Origin: Basidiobolus meristosporus CBS 931.73
Taxonomy: Eukaryota; Fungi; Basidiobolomycota
NCBI GenBank assembly: GCA_002104905.1
Contig: MCFE01000417.1
Span: 14,852 to 78,851 of the forward strand
Reading direction: 5' to 3'
DNA: 64,000 nt
Numbering within the stretch: the stretch's first letter is position 1; every line of letters starts with the position of its first letter. The notes under the pieces were generated by a model, which ran no database searches, had not been told where the DNA came from, and saw only the letters and a program-made list of their open reading frames with translations. Of this stretch, positions 1 to 13,448 are shown one piece after another. Made by a program: the position numbers and the translations under genes.

Positions 1-410
1 AACTTGATGATGTTTAGATGCACTGTGGAAATTGCATCTGATAGAGGAGCAAACTTTATGTCAAAAGCATTAGAGGCCAAACTGGAAATGTAGCAGACAA
101 AAAAATTGGAAACTTTAGCACATCAACCTAGAGCTAATGAAGTCACTAAGCAGTTAATGGATTACTTGAAAAATGCAGACCATGAATGCTAGCAAAGATG
201 TAAGTAGATGGGATGAGAATTTTGACTAGGCACTGTGTGCTTACAGACTTGGGGTACACAGTACCACCCAAAGAGCTCACTCATCTTAAGAAGGGAAGAA
301 TGCTATCATCTGATGCTTGTTTATGTAAGTAGGATCCATTTTCAGTCCAATCAGTTAGTTTTATGTTTAGCCTATTACTGTATTAGTATTATCTATCAGT
401 TCCATGTTTG
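1..410 (+). mobile_element. Highly degenerate Ty3/Gypsy family G1 fragment (integrase core, PPT, start of LTR)
   Basis: 1-290 aligns by eye to the integrase at ~12335-12630. AAGGGAAGAA (291-300) followed by TGCTATCATCTGATGCTTG resembles the G1 PPT plus LTR start (GGGGAGAA-TGTTATGATCTGCTGCTTG). Confidence 0.75.
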
Positions 411-859
411 GACATTTATGGGTATATCTCCTACCACTGTTTCTGATACTGAATGTAGACAAGTAACTTGTCTAACAAGTGTCTCACAGAGCCTCAGGAT
501 CATTGGTACTGGAAATAGTACCACAGACATAACATATGTACCACACCTAAGTTGGCATGTCTAGGATCACTGATCTTTGGCCAAATATATAGGTATTATA
601 TAACATTCTGATCCACGGGGTTTGGGCAAGCTGGCCCATTTATCTGTCTGCATATCCAACTCCAAACTAGGGCAGCAGGCAGCTCCAAAGTGCTTGCGCA
701 TCACTTCATTTCAAGAGGCTACAAACTTATGTAAATTCACTGCAGCAATGCAGGCGCTTCATTGACTGAAATAGTCTAATCCAAACCCAAGCATTTGTGG
801 ATCTTAGTCAAAGCTCCTTTATGTTATGATGACAAGGACCATAGCATTAATACATATAT

Positions 860-1514
860 TATGTAATATGCCCCTGTTTGATCTGAACTCCTTGCTGGGA
901 TTACACATTTTCTCAAAGCTTTATCCTTCAGTGCATTACCAACATGGCCTCCTAAACATCTAACCTTTTTCTGTGCTAAGGGTCTTCTTTAAGAGCAAAG
1001 GCTTCACTCTCCATGACAGTATAACCCACATAGCAGTTCTTTGCAGTAGCAGTACTATTCTATCTTTTGTAGCTTCAAGTAGACCAGGCAGTCTTTCTCC
1101 AGAAAAAAGACACAGCACTAGAGCAAAGTAGATACCCCAGATATAGTAAGCTTGGGGCTCATAACCTGTTGAAATATTAGAGAGATATATTGGAAGTGAA
1201 ATGGAGAATTAGATGATTTACATAATAATCACATGTTGATTTAATGAATTGCAACATAGTATTTATACTTATTGCCAGATGATGTAGATGTAGCTGTTTT
1301 TCATTAATAGGGAAGTCTCAGGAGTACATGTGCCAAGTTTCAGCTCATTTGGGCAAGTTTCAAATTTTCCTAAAATTTTGTACTTCACTAATTTCAAATA
1401 ATTTGCAAATATCTTACAAACTAATTTTGAAATTAATTTTCTGAAATATGTCATTTAACTAAGCTCTAGATCATAATATATTAATAATTAGGTGGACTCC
1501 TAATTACTTCAACA
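860..1514 (-). mobile_element. Ty1/Copia family B 5' remnant: LTR 1167-1514, PBS 1155-1166, decayed gag start
   Basis: TG...CA LTR homologous to 13793-14141. On the minus strand it is followed directly by GGTTATGAGCCC, then sequence similar to the Copia gag at ~28850-28930. Confidence 0.8.
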
Positions 1515-2315
1515 TATACCAGGAGATCTCACAGAGCCATAGATTGCAGACACCTCAGAAGATGTGCTCATCAGCCAAGTAGACACCAGCCACTGGAACA
1601 AAGATGTCAAGAGGAACATGTCAAAGTATCTCAAAGTGTAGAAAATATGAAGCAGAAACTTGATAAGATTATATTACCAGAAGCATTGGCAGTAGGGAAC
1701 TTTATATTGCTAAGAAACAACACTTGAAAGAAGTTTGAGCCACAATGGACAGGACCATTCAGGATAATTAGAGAATGTCCATTTGCAACTTACCAACTAG
1801 TGGACAAACTAGGGAATAACCGGCAAAATTAACTCATAGAGATAAACTCAAGCTCATAAGAATTGCCGATAATACTGAACCATCAGGATATTGGTATTAC
1901 AAGACAAGAGATCCAGGAGAACCCTCTCAACTTTGGTAGGGGAGAATGTTTTGATCTACTGCTTGAATATTTAAGTTAGCTCAGTGCTTAGTCAAATCAA
2001 TTAGCTTAGTGTTTAGCCTATCAGTATATCAGTGTTATCTATCAGATCTGAAGTATTGGTAAGCAAATGAATCAGCAAATTCTTATCAGACAGAAATAGA
2101 TATCTTAAGTAGGATCTAATTGGGAAATGATGATGCAATCAATTGAATCATCAGCCACAACATAGATTTTTAAGTACAATTAGTCTGCAAATGATCTGGC
2201 AAAATGTATGTAAGGAGCTGCTGGAACCTCAATAAAAATCAGTTCAAGTTTTGATGAATACATCACTAGCTATACTCCCTGTTCCTCTCCAACTCTTGTA
2301 TCCTAACTTGTAACA
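1515..2315 (+). mobile_element. G1 Gypsy 3' fragment: integrase C-terminus, PPT and LTR (1947-2315)
   Basis: Colinear with 12650-13448. PPT GGTAGGGGAGAA, then a 369-bp TG...CA LTR homologous to 13080-13448. Confidence 0.9.
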
Positions 2316-2949
2316 TATAGATGTGATATATATAAGGATTTAAGATGAATACGCTGCTTTTTGAGCCAATTTATCAATATAATGTAAAATACAGTATTAT
2401 AAATGAATCAAATTTTTTTTGAACATAGCACATGGGGCAGAATAAAATTCTTTATTCTTGTTGCATGTGTGAATTGATGATGCAAGGTCATTTGTAATCT
2501 ACCATATCTTCTATTTTAGACTGTCAGACATCTTCTGTAATTATTAAAAGTCACATGACTCTCTTACTGTATTTGGTATATAGCTTATGTTTCAGTAGTG
2601 ATATCATTATCAGGTACTTAATCTATAATTTTAGTGGCTTTCCAATCAATTACTGTATGGTACATAGTCTTCTCTTAGGCAGCTCCCAGATTGTGTTATG
2701 ATGTAATTTACATTCTTGAGCATATGCATAATACCTAGGAAAGATCTCTTGCTTGCTCACTGGCTCCAACCCTCTGCATTTAATGCTACAGATGTGGTGT
2801 CAAGAGCTTTGTGATGCTGCTGTGGGGTACCCATTTTTGTTAAAAAGCTTTACTGCTGAGGATCCTGAAGTGCTGAAGGTCTGGATGTTTAGCTGTGTTT
2901 GTGCTAAAGAGCATTATGTCACATAGTGGAGGAAGTACTTGAAGTATAC

Positions 2950-3260
2950 ACAGAGCTTGGTACCATGTTATACAAAAATACTCATCTCAAATGATCTCAA
3001 AAACAGTTTTGGTACTACACTGGAATGGTGTAATCAATACAATACCTGCCAGGACCATAATTGGATTAGCCAAATTGCATGAGGAGATGTTGAGCAAATT
3101 AGTTTTGTTGGTAGGAGTCAGCTCAAAGCTAACTATGCCAGCTTTTTTCATTCAGTACTCCCAAGTAGTGCCAGCAATGCAAAGTGCCCCTTTATTTGGA
3201 CCATACTGCAAGAGTTGGTTTTATATCATCATGAAATGTTGCTACTATTTCTGATTCATC
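2950..3260 (+). mobile_element. G1 Gypsy protease-region fragment, degenerate
   Basis: ATACTCATCTCAAATGATCTCAAAAAC...GGTGTAATCAAT...CCTGCCAGGACCATAATTG resembles 9869-9960. Boundaries approximate. Confidence 0.65.
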
Positions 3261-3304
3261 AGGCTAGAGAGAATCCTTTTTTGACCATTTTGTAGGACCA
3301 ATAC

Positions 3305-3672
3305 TTTTGAAATATTGGACTATTTGGTATCATACAGCAGCTACAAGCTCACTTAACAATTCCAAACTAGTCTTGGCCACTGTTCAATTAATATGCAGCC
3401 CTAACATTGCCACTTTCTTCAGATCTATGATTCTTTGATTATTCCCCCATAGTCAAGATCAAGTTAGCACTTTTACTAAACATTATACACCAGCCCTGAA
3501 ACTGTTACAGGATGCACCTGAATGTTGAAAAACCCTCCTTACTTAGTGTTACAGCTGTATCAGTTCTTCAAAGGTACTAATACTGGTCTTCTTTTGAATA
3601 AACAACAGTTCAACTTTTATCACTATTTCTTGAGAAGTTCCTTTTAGTCAAATAACTTCTTAAATTGCAACA
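3305..3672 (+). mobile_element. Solo LTR, Copia family C
   Basis: Reverse-complement homolog of the LTR at 14202-14569, same length (368 bp), ends TTGCAACA. No TSD seen. Confidence 0.8.
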
Positions 3673-6600
3673 TAATATGGCAACTGTTTGTTGGTGTTGT
3701 GCACTCTGACTCTATAGGCAAAAAGTGCTTATTCTTTATACTCATCCCATCCTCTGACAGCTCCATTTGCATACTTGGTTAGCATTTCTCCAAATAAGCC
3801 ATTAAACTGCTCAGTTACTCCATTTGTTCTATGGTGATATGCCTTGGCTTTCAGATATTAGATTGGCTGCATTTCCAGGTAATCTTTTTGTTGCATTGCC
3901 AAGAAGTCTGCTTCTCTATCCAACAGAATCTCAGCAAGGCATACAAACTTCATAAAGATCACCTGGTAGATGAGAATTGCAACCGCTTGCTCACTAGCTA
4001 CTAATACAGCTTTAGCCACTGGCCATTAATGGCATGGTCAATTGCTACTTGGATCCAATGATTGCATATCCTGGTGGCTGGCAGGTGTCCAATAAAGCCA
4101 ATTCCCCATCTCTTAAATGTTCTTACAGGCTTCAAAGGAAAGAGTTCAGCAACTTTCTGTGGTAGGCTTTGGTTGGTTTGGCAATTTGGGTATGTTTTGA
4201 CTAGCTTCTCAATATCTTTGTTTGTTCTGGGCCACCATGCTCTAGCTTTTGCCAGGATATAGGTTCCTTCAATAAGAAAATGTCCATATCCATTGTATGG
4301 CTTATGTAATACATCCAGGTAAGCAACATACGGGCAATAGGCAACAGGGCTTCCATCAACAATTTGGTAGAGTGTTTCATCCTGTACTACAAATTTGCTG
4401 GCTTCATCCTGGATTATCCTCTTGATCTTCTCATCCACCTTATTAGGAATGGCTTGGTCCTTCATGTACTTTGGTAATTAGCTAGGCCAATCTGATACAT
4501 GCATCAGGCTGAGTTGTGCAACATGTTCTAATCTTGATAAAGCACCAGCAACTATGGTGCTTTTCCCAGGGCAGTAGGCAATCTCCAAGTCAAATTGCTG
4601 AATGTATTTACTCCACCTTGTCATTCTTCTGAATAGTACCTTCTGAGTAAATCTATACATTAGTGAGGCATAATCAGTCTTCACAGTGCACATGACTCCT
4701 TTGATATAGCATCTCCATGTCCTTGAGCTGTGTATTATAGTAAGCATCATCTTCTTTTGCTCTGGATAGTTTGTTTTGCTAAGTACAATTTCTTGGATCT
4801 AAAAGCAACTGGGTGCTCCTTTCCCTCATTTTTTTACTTTGTACTCCTCCAATTGCATAATCTGAAGGGTTTCCAAGTACAAGGTCAAACTTGAAGGTCC
4901 CAAATATATAGGTCTATAGGTCTTCTTCATTGTCATTGAACTTCATTCTTACTGGTTGAGTTATATGGTTGATAATGTGAGAGTTCCCATTAGCAGTTGG
5001 GACCAAATTTGATTTGATGGGCTCCAAGTTTAATCCAGCTTTCAAGGTAAGTTGCTCTGATATGTACTTGTGTGATGCTCCTGAGTCAATCATGATCTTG
5101 GCAGGTACTACATCAACTACTCCATTCAAGTATAATAGCTTTCCTGAGTTTGAGGTCATTTGGGACAGGTATTCTTCTATCATGTAAAAGGTGAGTTATG
5201 AGTCTTCTTCCTGTTCATCCTCCATGTTACTATGATCAAGGGCATCAATGTAATTGAAGGTTCTTGTTGACTGGTGTCCATTTCTTCTCTGTGGGCAGTG
5301 CTTTGCAATATGTTGTTGCCAATGACATTTCAGGCAAAGTTTTTTCTGCTTACATTTTTCTGAGGTGGGATTCTTCTGCATAGCATCTATTTCCATTGGC
5401 ACTGCTTCTGATTGCCTGCTTTCATAGTGAAAATAGCTTCACTGATTAGTTGTTGTGGGCTTCCCAGTTTGAAGCATAACAGAATCATAGCCCATAGCAA
5501 TCTTGATGGTTTCTTCAATAGTCTGAGGTGTATGATATTTCACTTCCTTGGAAGTTCTTCTTTCAACCTATCCATAAAGTATTCAACTTGATCTGGTGGT
5601 CTGTTCTTTCAATTTGTCCAAGTAAACATCTGCACTCATAGATGCATTCTTGAATCAATCCTTTCTGTCTAACTGTTGGCTGGTGGGGAGATTCAAAGGC
5701 ATCTTGAATTTACAACACATGCTCATTCCAGGTAGAGATTGTAGAGCATCCCATCATGGTGGCTGACCTGATCTTGTTGTGGTGCCACTGTAAAGCTGCA
5801 CCTGCTAAGTAAGAAGCTGAATAATGCAACTTGACTTCTGGAATAGCTCCCTTAGTATTGAAATCCTCTTCAATCAGGAAGAGACAAGTTCCCCAGTTTT
5901 TGTTGACTCTGCCATAGTACCAGTTAACCTTCACACAAAAGCTGCTTGCAATAGGGCCTTGCTGGTTCTGTGCCAGGGTAGTCAGTCCTTGTTGTTACTA
6001 CTAAGGATCTGAAATAACCATGGCAGTTGCACAAGGATTTGCTGCTTAGCAATCTTCCATTCTTAAACTTCCAGCATCTAGAGGAATGCTATTTCTTTCT
6101 TCAGGGGGGAGATTTCTGGTTATTACTGCCACCAATCTTACAAGTCTTGATATAAGTGTTGTAGAGAATAGGGACTTTAACTAGTATTATCTTCACTAAA
6201 ACTTGAGCTGATCTTTATTGAGATCTTGTGGTGGTACTGCTGTAGAGCTGCATCTACTAAGTAATAAGCTGAATAATACAACTTGTTTACTGGAACAATT
6301 CCCTTAGTGTTAAAATTTTCTTCAATCTGGAAGAGCCAAATTCCCAGGTTTACATTGACTCTACCATGGTAGCAGTTGACATTCACACTCAAGCTGCTCT
6401 TGACAGGGCTTTGCTGGTTCTGGGCCAGGGTTGTCAGTCCTTGTAGCTGCTGGCTGAGGATCTGAAGTAACTGTTGCTATTGGGAAAGGATTTGTTGCAA
6501 AGCGTTCTTCCATTCTTGATTTTTGGACATCTTGACAAAAGCTTCTTCTTTACTGAGAGGGGAGATTTCTGGCATTGCTGCTACCAATGTTACAAATCCT

Positions 6601-6956
6601 GATATAAGAGTTTGAAAGAAATAGGGAGCTTGGCTAGTAATGTATTCACTAAAAGTTGAACTGATTTTTATTGAGGTTCCAGTAGCTCCTAATGTAGATC
6701 TTGCCAGATTGCTTGCTGACTAACTGTATTTTCTAATTTAGGTTGTAGCTGATGACTCATTGGAGTGCATTATTATCACACAATTAGATTCTACTTAATA
6801 TATTTATTTATGTCTGATAAGGATCTGCTGAACTATATAATGACTAATACTACTGATTTTATAGATAACACTGATTTATTGATAAGGTAAGCATAAAGCT
6901 GATTGATTTGGCTAAGAACTAATTCAACTTAAACAGTTGAGTTGCTGATCATAGCA
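3673..6956 (-). mobile_element. Degenerate G1 Gypsy copy: 5' LTR 6588-6956, duplicated PBS/gag start, gag, protease, RT deleted, RNase H, integrase
   Basis: ORF fragments 4001-4465, 4478-4750, 4914-5183, 5196-5402, 5710-5934 and 6177-6392 match segments of the 8937-12965 polyprotein. The junction near 4875 joins protease-flank directly to RNase H (~1.25 kb of RT missing). Confidence 0.9.
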
Positions 6957-8509
6957 GATGCAAATATATTAGACCTGCAGGTACTTAAGTAGACAATAGC
7001 AAATCCTGCCTGCCTGTGGGACAACTTTGCACACTATGGCACAATTAGACACAATGAGGTTGGCATGGATGATCATGCCAACTTGTAATGTATGCATCAG
7101 GTGTGCAATTGGATACTGCTATTATGGTGGGTAAGATCCGGTATTTGGATATGTTTCTTTAATGTAAATGGAAATAAATGCATCTCACACTATAAACTAC
7201 ACTGATAATTACTATTTTGGTTACATTCACTCCAATTGGATTGTATCTCAGTGGTTAACTGGTCCAAAAGTATCCTGAAGCTGTCAGCCATGTATTGACT
7301 CTTTGACCAATGCACAAGCCACCTGATGTGCCATGAAATATTGCATTTTGTCCATTGAGCAAGTAAATCCCTGATCCTAGTGATTGCACAAGGTGTCACA
7401 GCTAGCATGCAACCAATTACACAGGTGCTAATGGATCAAATGGCTACACTGGTGTAACAGATGATATATATATGTGCAGGGTGTTTATTTACAGGCGTTC
7501 TGTTTCAAATGTGAGACAACCTTGATTTTCTTATATCAAAGAATTAGTGATCACTACATTGCGGTGGCTTGAGTTGTATTGCAAAAAAATGTGTTGTTTG
7601 GATCATGACAAATAATAGCAAATCAATGCAATTGCATCATCTCCTCCTAGGTTTTTTCTCACAGGGATTACTACTGAAGCATTCGGCAGTGATTCACTTT
7701 ACCCACCTAAACCACTTCCTTATTGACTATCCTCTTGGCTACTTGTGTGCTTGTAGTCACTATTTTGCATCCTAGTTGATTAGTGCAATGCTGCAGTTTG
7801 GCCATGCTTAACTACTCCAGATGATGCTACTGGACTGACCTGCAGTGTCATGTGCTGGTGCATTCTTTTACTTGCCAAAGGCTCTGGTAGTGGAGGCACT
7901 TATGTTGGCCATCATCAGTCAGTTCACCAGAAGAAACTTGCTGATGATCAGGTATTATGGCATGCACAGTTGCAACTTGATGTGCTGAAATGGCCCTTGG
8001 CTGGGTTTGATTTAGGGTGGCTTGCTGGCATGACTTAGCCCACTCCAATGGACTTGTGTCTAAATGATCAGTTTGGCAAGTTCTGGTAGTTTGGCTCTGA
8101 AGCATGTGCATTGACCCAACACGCATTGACTCAATGCAGGGTGCTCTTCTGAAGGGTGTTGGCATAGTTTGGACTGACATGTGCTGGCATGCTGGAGTTG
8201 CAAGGGATGGTAAGGAATCCAGCAAAGAGTGCTGATGCAATCTAGACACTGTGGCTTGCATTCTGTATTCTTCCTCTTGAAGTCCACCTTCTGATTCCTC
8301 ATGGTACTAACTTACCCTCTGTCTGATACTTTAGAACTGTTGCCTGGATGAGTCCTGTGTATATTGCTCTTGGGAGCAACTTAGCTCCTCTAATATATCA
8401 CTCAATACATTGGTCATTTGAGGCAAAAACACATTCAAAATCTCTTTTGTTCCCAGAGTTGAGGCACAAACATACATGTCCAGCCCAAGCTGTGAAAATT
8501 GCATGCAAA

Positions 8510-11500
8510 TGTTATGATCAGCCGCTTGAATGTTTAAGTTAGATCAGTTTTTTAGTCAAATCAATTAGTATATGTTTAGGTTATCAGTACATCAGTATTA
8601 TCTATGAAATCAGTAGCATTGGTCAGCAAATGCATCAGCAGATCCTTATCAGACAGAAATAGATATATTAAGTAGGATCTTTTTGGGTGATGATGATGCA
8701 ATCAAATGAGTCATCAGCCACAACCTAAATTAGGAAATACAATTAGTCAGCAATTGATCTGGCAAAATGTATATAAGGAGCTGCTGGAACCTCAATAAAA
8801 ATCAGTTCAAGTTTTAGTGAATACAATACTAGCTAAACTCCCTATTCCTCTACAACTCTTATACCAAGACTTGTAACATTGGTAGCAGCAATAACCAGAA
8901 ACCTCCCTCCTGAAGAAAGAAGAAACCACCCTCAAGATGTCGGAGAATCAAGAATGGAAGAATGCCATGCAGCAAATCCTGGCCCAACAGCAACAGTTAT
9001 TCCAGATCCTCAGCCAACAGCAACAAGGAATGACTACCATGGCTCAGAGCCAGCAAAGCCCTGTCAAGAGCAACTTTAGTGTGAAGGTCAACCGGTACCA
9101 TGGCAGAGTCAATGAAAACCTGGGAACTTGGCTCTTTCAGATTGAAGAAGCTTTTAAAGCTAAAGGAATTGCTCCAGAGAGCAAGTTGCATTATGCAGCT
9201 TCTTACCTGGCAGATGCAGCTTTACAGTGGTACCACAACAAGATCAGGTCAGCTACTATGATGGGATGCTCTACAATCTCTACCTGGGATGAGTTTGTGT
9301 CGGAAATTCAGGATGCTTTTGAACCTCCACACCAACAGACACTACTAAGAAGGAAGTTAAAGACACTCAGACAGAAAGGAATGGTGCAAGAATACATCTA
9401 TGAGTACAGATGTCTACTTGGACAAATTGAAAGAATGGACCCCTTGGATCAAGTTGAATACTTTATTGATGGGTTGAAAGAAAGAACTCGCAAGGAAGTC
9501 AATTACCAAAGACCTCAGACTATTGAAGAAGCCATCAAGATTGCCATTGACTATGACTCAGCTATGTTTGGAGTTGGGAAGCCTACAGTGACTAATCAGA
9601 AAGGCTATAATCATTATGAAAGAAGACAATCAGAAGTAGTACCAATGGAAATAGATGCTATGCAGAAGAATCCCTCCTCAGAAGAATGCAAGAAGAGAGG
9701 ACTTTGCTTCAATTGCCACCAGCAGGGACATATTGCAAAGTACTGCCCTCAGAGAAGAAATGGACACCAGCCAACAAGAGCCTTCAACCATATTGAGTCC
9801 CATGAACACAGTAATGTGGAAGATGAGCTTGAAGAAGACTTGGAACTCACCTTCCATATGACAGAAGAGTACTTGTCCCAAATGACTTCAAACTCAGGGA
9901 AGTTATTGTACTTGAATGGAGTAATCAATGGAGTACCTGCCAAGATCATGATTGACTCAGGAGCATTGCATGAGTACATGTCAGAGCAATTTGCTTTGAA
10001 AGCTGGAATCAACTCAGAACCTACCAAATCAACTTCAGTCTCCACAGCTGATGGGAACTCCCACATAATCAACCGTATTACCCAGCCAGTAAGAATGAAG
10101 ATCAATGACTATGAAGAAGACCTACAGGCTTATATATTTGGGAACTGCAAGTTTGACCTTGTACTTGGGAAAACCTGGATATTTTGTCGTAATCCATCAA
10201 TCAACTGGAGAACACATGCTACTCAGATCCAAAAAGACAACAAGACCTATGAGCTATTACCTGCCAGGCTGGATTTCAACTTGGTCAATTCCAGTGCGTG
10301 TGAGGCAAGTGAACTTAGCAAGACCCAGTTCTGTAGAGCACTTAGAAAAGGTACCCAGATGTTCCTCATGGCGGTATTACAGGAGGATCCCTCTACCCCA
10401 GCACCCCAGCAGGTCCAGACTCTCTTGAAGAAATATTCAGACGTGTTTCCAGATGAGCTTGTAAGCCTACCACCAGTCAGAGACGTGGATGATGCCATTG
10501 ACACAGGAGATAGCCCTCCAGTGAGCAAGACACCTTACAGAATGAGTCCATTGGAATTGGAGGAAATGAAGAGACAAATTGATCAGCTATTGGAGCAAGG
10601 ATACATCAGGCCTAGCAAGTCACCCTGGGGAGCACCAGTGCTTTTTGTGAAAAAGAAGGATGGAACACTTAGGATGTGCATTGACTACAGAGCCCTGAAC
10701 TCAGTTACCGTCAAGAATAAGTACCCCTTACCTTGGATTGATGAGCTTTTGGACCAACTTAATGGAGCCACTATTTTCAGTAGGATTGACCTCATGTCAG
10801 GATACAACCAAATTAGGGTGAAACCAGAAGATATTCCTAAGACAGCATTTAGGACCAGATATGGACATTACAAGTACTTAGTCATGAGTTTTAACCTCAC
10901 TAATGCCCCTGCAACATTCATGACGCTGATGCAGACTGTCTTTCAGGAGTACTTAGACAAGTTTGTGATAATCTACCTGGATGACAGATTGATATACAGC
11001 AAGACAGAAGAGGATCACGTTGTGCACATTGATAAGGTCTTGAAGAAACTAAGAGAGAACAAGCTATATGGCAAGCTAGCCAAGTGTGAATTCTTCAAGG
11101 AACAGGTTGAATACCTGGGACACATAGTGACTAGCACAGGAGTGACCTTAGACCCTAAGAAGGTTGAAGTTATCAAGAATTTGAAGCAGCCCCATAGCAT
11201 ATCAGAACTCAGATCCTTCCTTGGAATGGTTTCCTATTATCGGAGATTTGTCAAGTCATTTGCAAGTATTGCAGCCCCTTTAACTGATATCCTCAAGAAA
11301 GTCAATACCTACAAGTGGGACATAGCTTGTGAGACTGCCTTCCAGATGCTCAAGAATGAACTTGCTAAGCTGCCAAGCCTAAGAATACCAGACTTCAGAA
11401 AAGAGTTCACTCTGTGCACAGATGCTTCAAATTATGCAATTGGTGGAGTGCTGAGCCAAGAACACAAGGGAAAGAGCTACCCTGTTGCCTTTGAATCCAA

Positions 11501-13448
11501 GAAACTGAACTCAGCAGAGCAAAACTATCCAGTTCATGAGAAGGAGATGCTTGCTATAATACACTGTTTGAAGACATGGAGATGCTATATTGAAGGAGTC
11601 AAATGCACTGTGAAGACTGATCATGCCTCCCTCAAGTATATATTTACTCAGAAGGTACTCTCTAGAAGAATGACAAGATGGAGTGAATACATTCAGCAAT
11701 TTGACCTGGAGATTGTCTACTGTCCTGGAAAAAACAACACAGTAGCTGATGCCTTATCAAGATTAGATCAAGTTGCACAACTCAACTTGGTGCATGAATC
11801 AGATTGGCCTAGCCTATTACCAAAGTACTTGGAGGACCAAGCCATTCCTAATGAGGTGGATGAAGATATCAAGAAGATAATCCATGATGAAGCCAGCAAA
11901 TTTGTTGTACAGAATGAAACACTCTACCAAATTGTTGATGGAAGCCCTATTGCCTATTGTCCTTATGTTGCTCACCTGGATTTAATACATAAGCTACACA
12001 ATGGATATGGACATCTTGGGATTGAAGGAACCTATAGCCTTGTGAAAGCCAGAGCATGGTGGCCCAGAATGAAACAAGACATTGAGAAGCTAGTAAAAAC
12101 ATGCCCAAACTGCCAAATCAATCAAGGCCAGCCACAAAGAATTGCTGAACTCTTCCCTTTGGAGCCTGTAAGACCATTTGAGAGATGGGGAATTGACTTT
12201 ATTGGAAGACTACCAACTACCAGGAAATGCAACCATTGGATCCTAGTAGCTATTGACCATGCCACTAAATGGCCAGTTGCTAAAGCTGTACCAATAGCCA
12301 GTGAACAAGAAGTTGCAAGTTTCATTTACCATGAGATCCTGATGAAGTTTGGATGCCCTGTGGAGATCTTATCCAATAGAGGTGCAAACTTTATGGCAAA
12401 GACATTAGAGGCTTACCTGGAAATGCAGCAGATCAGACACTTGAAAACCTCGGCATATCACCCCAGAACTAATGGAGTCACTGAGCGGTTTGATGGATTA
12501 TTTGGAAAAATGCTGACCAAGTATGCAAATGGAGTTGTCAGTAGATGGGATGAGTATATAGACCAAGCACTCTTTGCATGCAGAGTCAGAGTACACAACA
12601 CCACCCAGCAATCACCATTTTACTTAGTTTATGGATGTGAACCAAGGATTCCAGGAGATCTCACACAACCAAAGCTTACAGACACCTTAGAAGATGAACT
12701 CAGTCAGCAAAGTAGACTCCAGCAACTGGAACAAAGACATCAAGAGGCACAGACCAAAGTATCTCAAAGTGCAGAAAAGATGAAGCAGAGATTTGATAAG
12801 ACTATAGCACCAGAAGCATTGACAGTTGGGAACTTTGTATTGCTAAGAAACAACACTTGGAAGAAGTTTGAGCCACAATGGACAGGACCATTCAAGATCA
12901 TCAGAGAATGTCCATTTGCAACTTACCAACTGGTGGACAAAAAGGCAATATCCGGGAAGACTTAGTGCATAGGGACAGACTCAAGCGTGCAAGACTTGCT
13001 GATAATACTGAACCTTCAAGATATTGGTATCACAAGAAAAGAGATTCAGGAGAACCCTCTCAACTTTAGTAGGGGAGAATGTTATGATCTGCTGCTTGAA
13101 TGTTTAAGTTAGATCAGTTTTTTAGTCAAATCAATTAGTATATGTTTAGGTTATCAGTATATCAGTATTATCTATGAAATCAGTAGCATTGGTCAGCAAA
13201 TGAATCAGCAGATCCTTATCAGACAGAAATAGATATATTAAGTAGGATCTTTTTGGGTGATGATGATGCAATCAGATGATTCGTCAGCCACAACCTACAT
13301 TAGGAAATACAATTAGTCAGCAATTGATCTGGCAAAATGTATATAAGGAGCTGCTGGAACCTCAATAAAAATCAGTTCAAGTTTTAGTGAATACAATACT
13401 AGGTAAACTCCCTATTCCTCTACAACTCTTATACCAAGACTTGTAACA
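8510..13448 (+). mobile_element. Full-length Ty3/Gypsy LTR retrotransposon G1 (4939 bp)
   Basis: LTRs 8510-8878 and 13080-13448 (369 bp, TG...CA, ~9 mismatches by manual count). PBS TGGTAGCAGC at 8880, PPT AGTAGGGGAGAA before 13080, TSD CAAA, single gag-pol ORF. Confidence 0.97.
8937..13069 (+). CDS. G1 gag-pol polyprotein (gag, CCHC knuckle, aspartic protease, RT, RNase H, integrase); 1342 aa to 12965, with the probable true C-terminus frameshifted into 12878-13069
   Basis: [14 protein letters not shown]; MIDSGA; YLDD; [12 protein letters not shown]; HxxxGHxG...CPNC; WGIDF...LSNRG...TER. No chromodomain. Several conserved residues are substituted. Confidence 0.93.

Noticed and set aside
235-564. 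109-aa ORF and other 60-110 aa ORFs in the repeat field
   Set aside because: They span junctions of decayed TE fragments or are alternative frames of TE genes.
7190-7408. 72-aa ORF with a faint RNase H-like look
   Set aside because: No catalytic D/E pattern could be placed, and it is too short and decayed to call.
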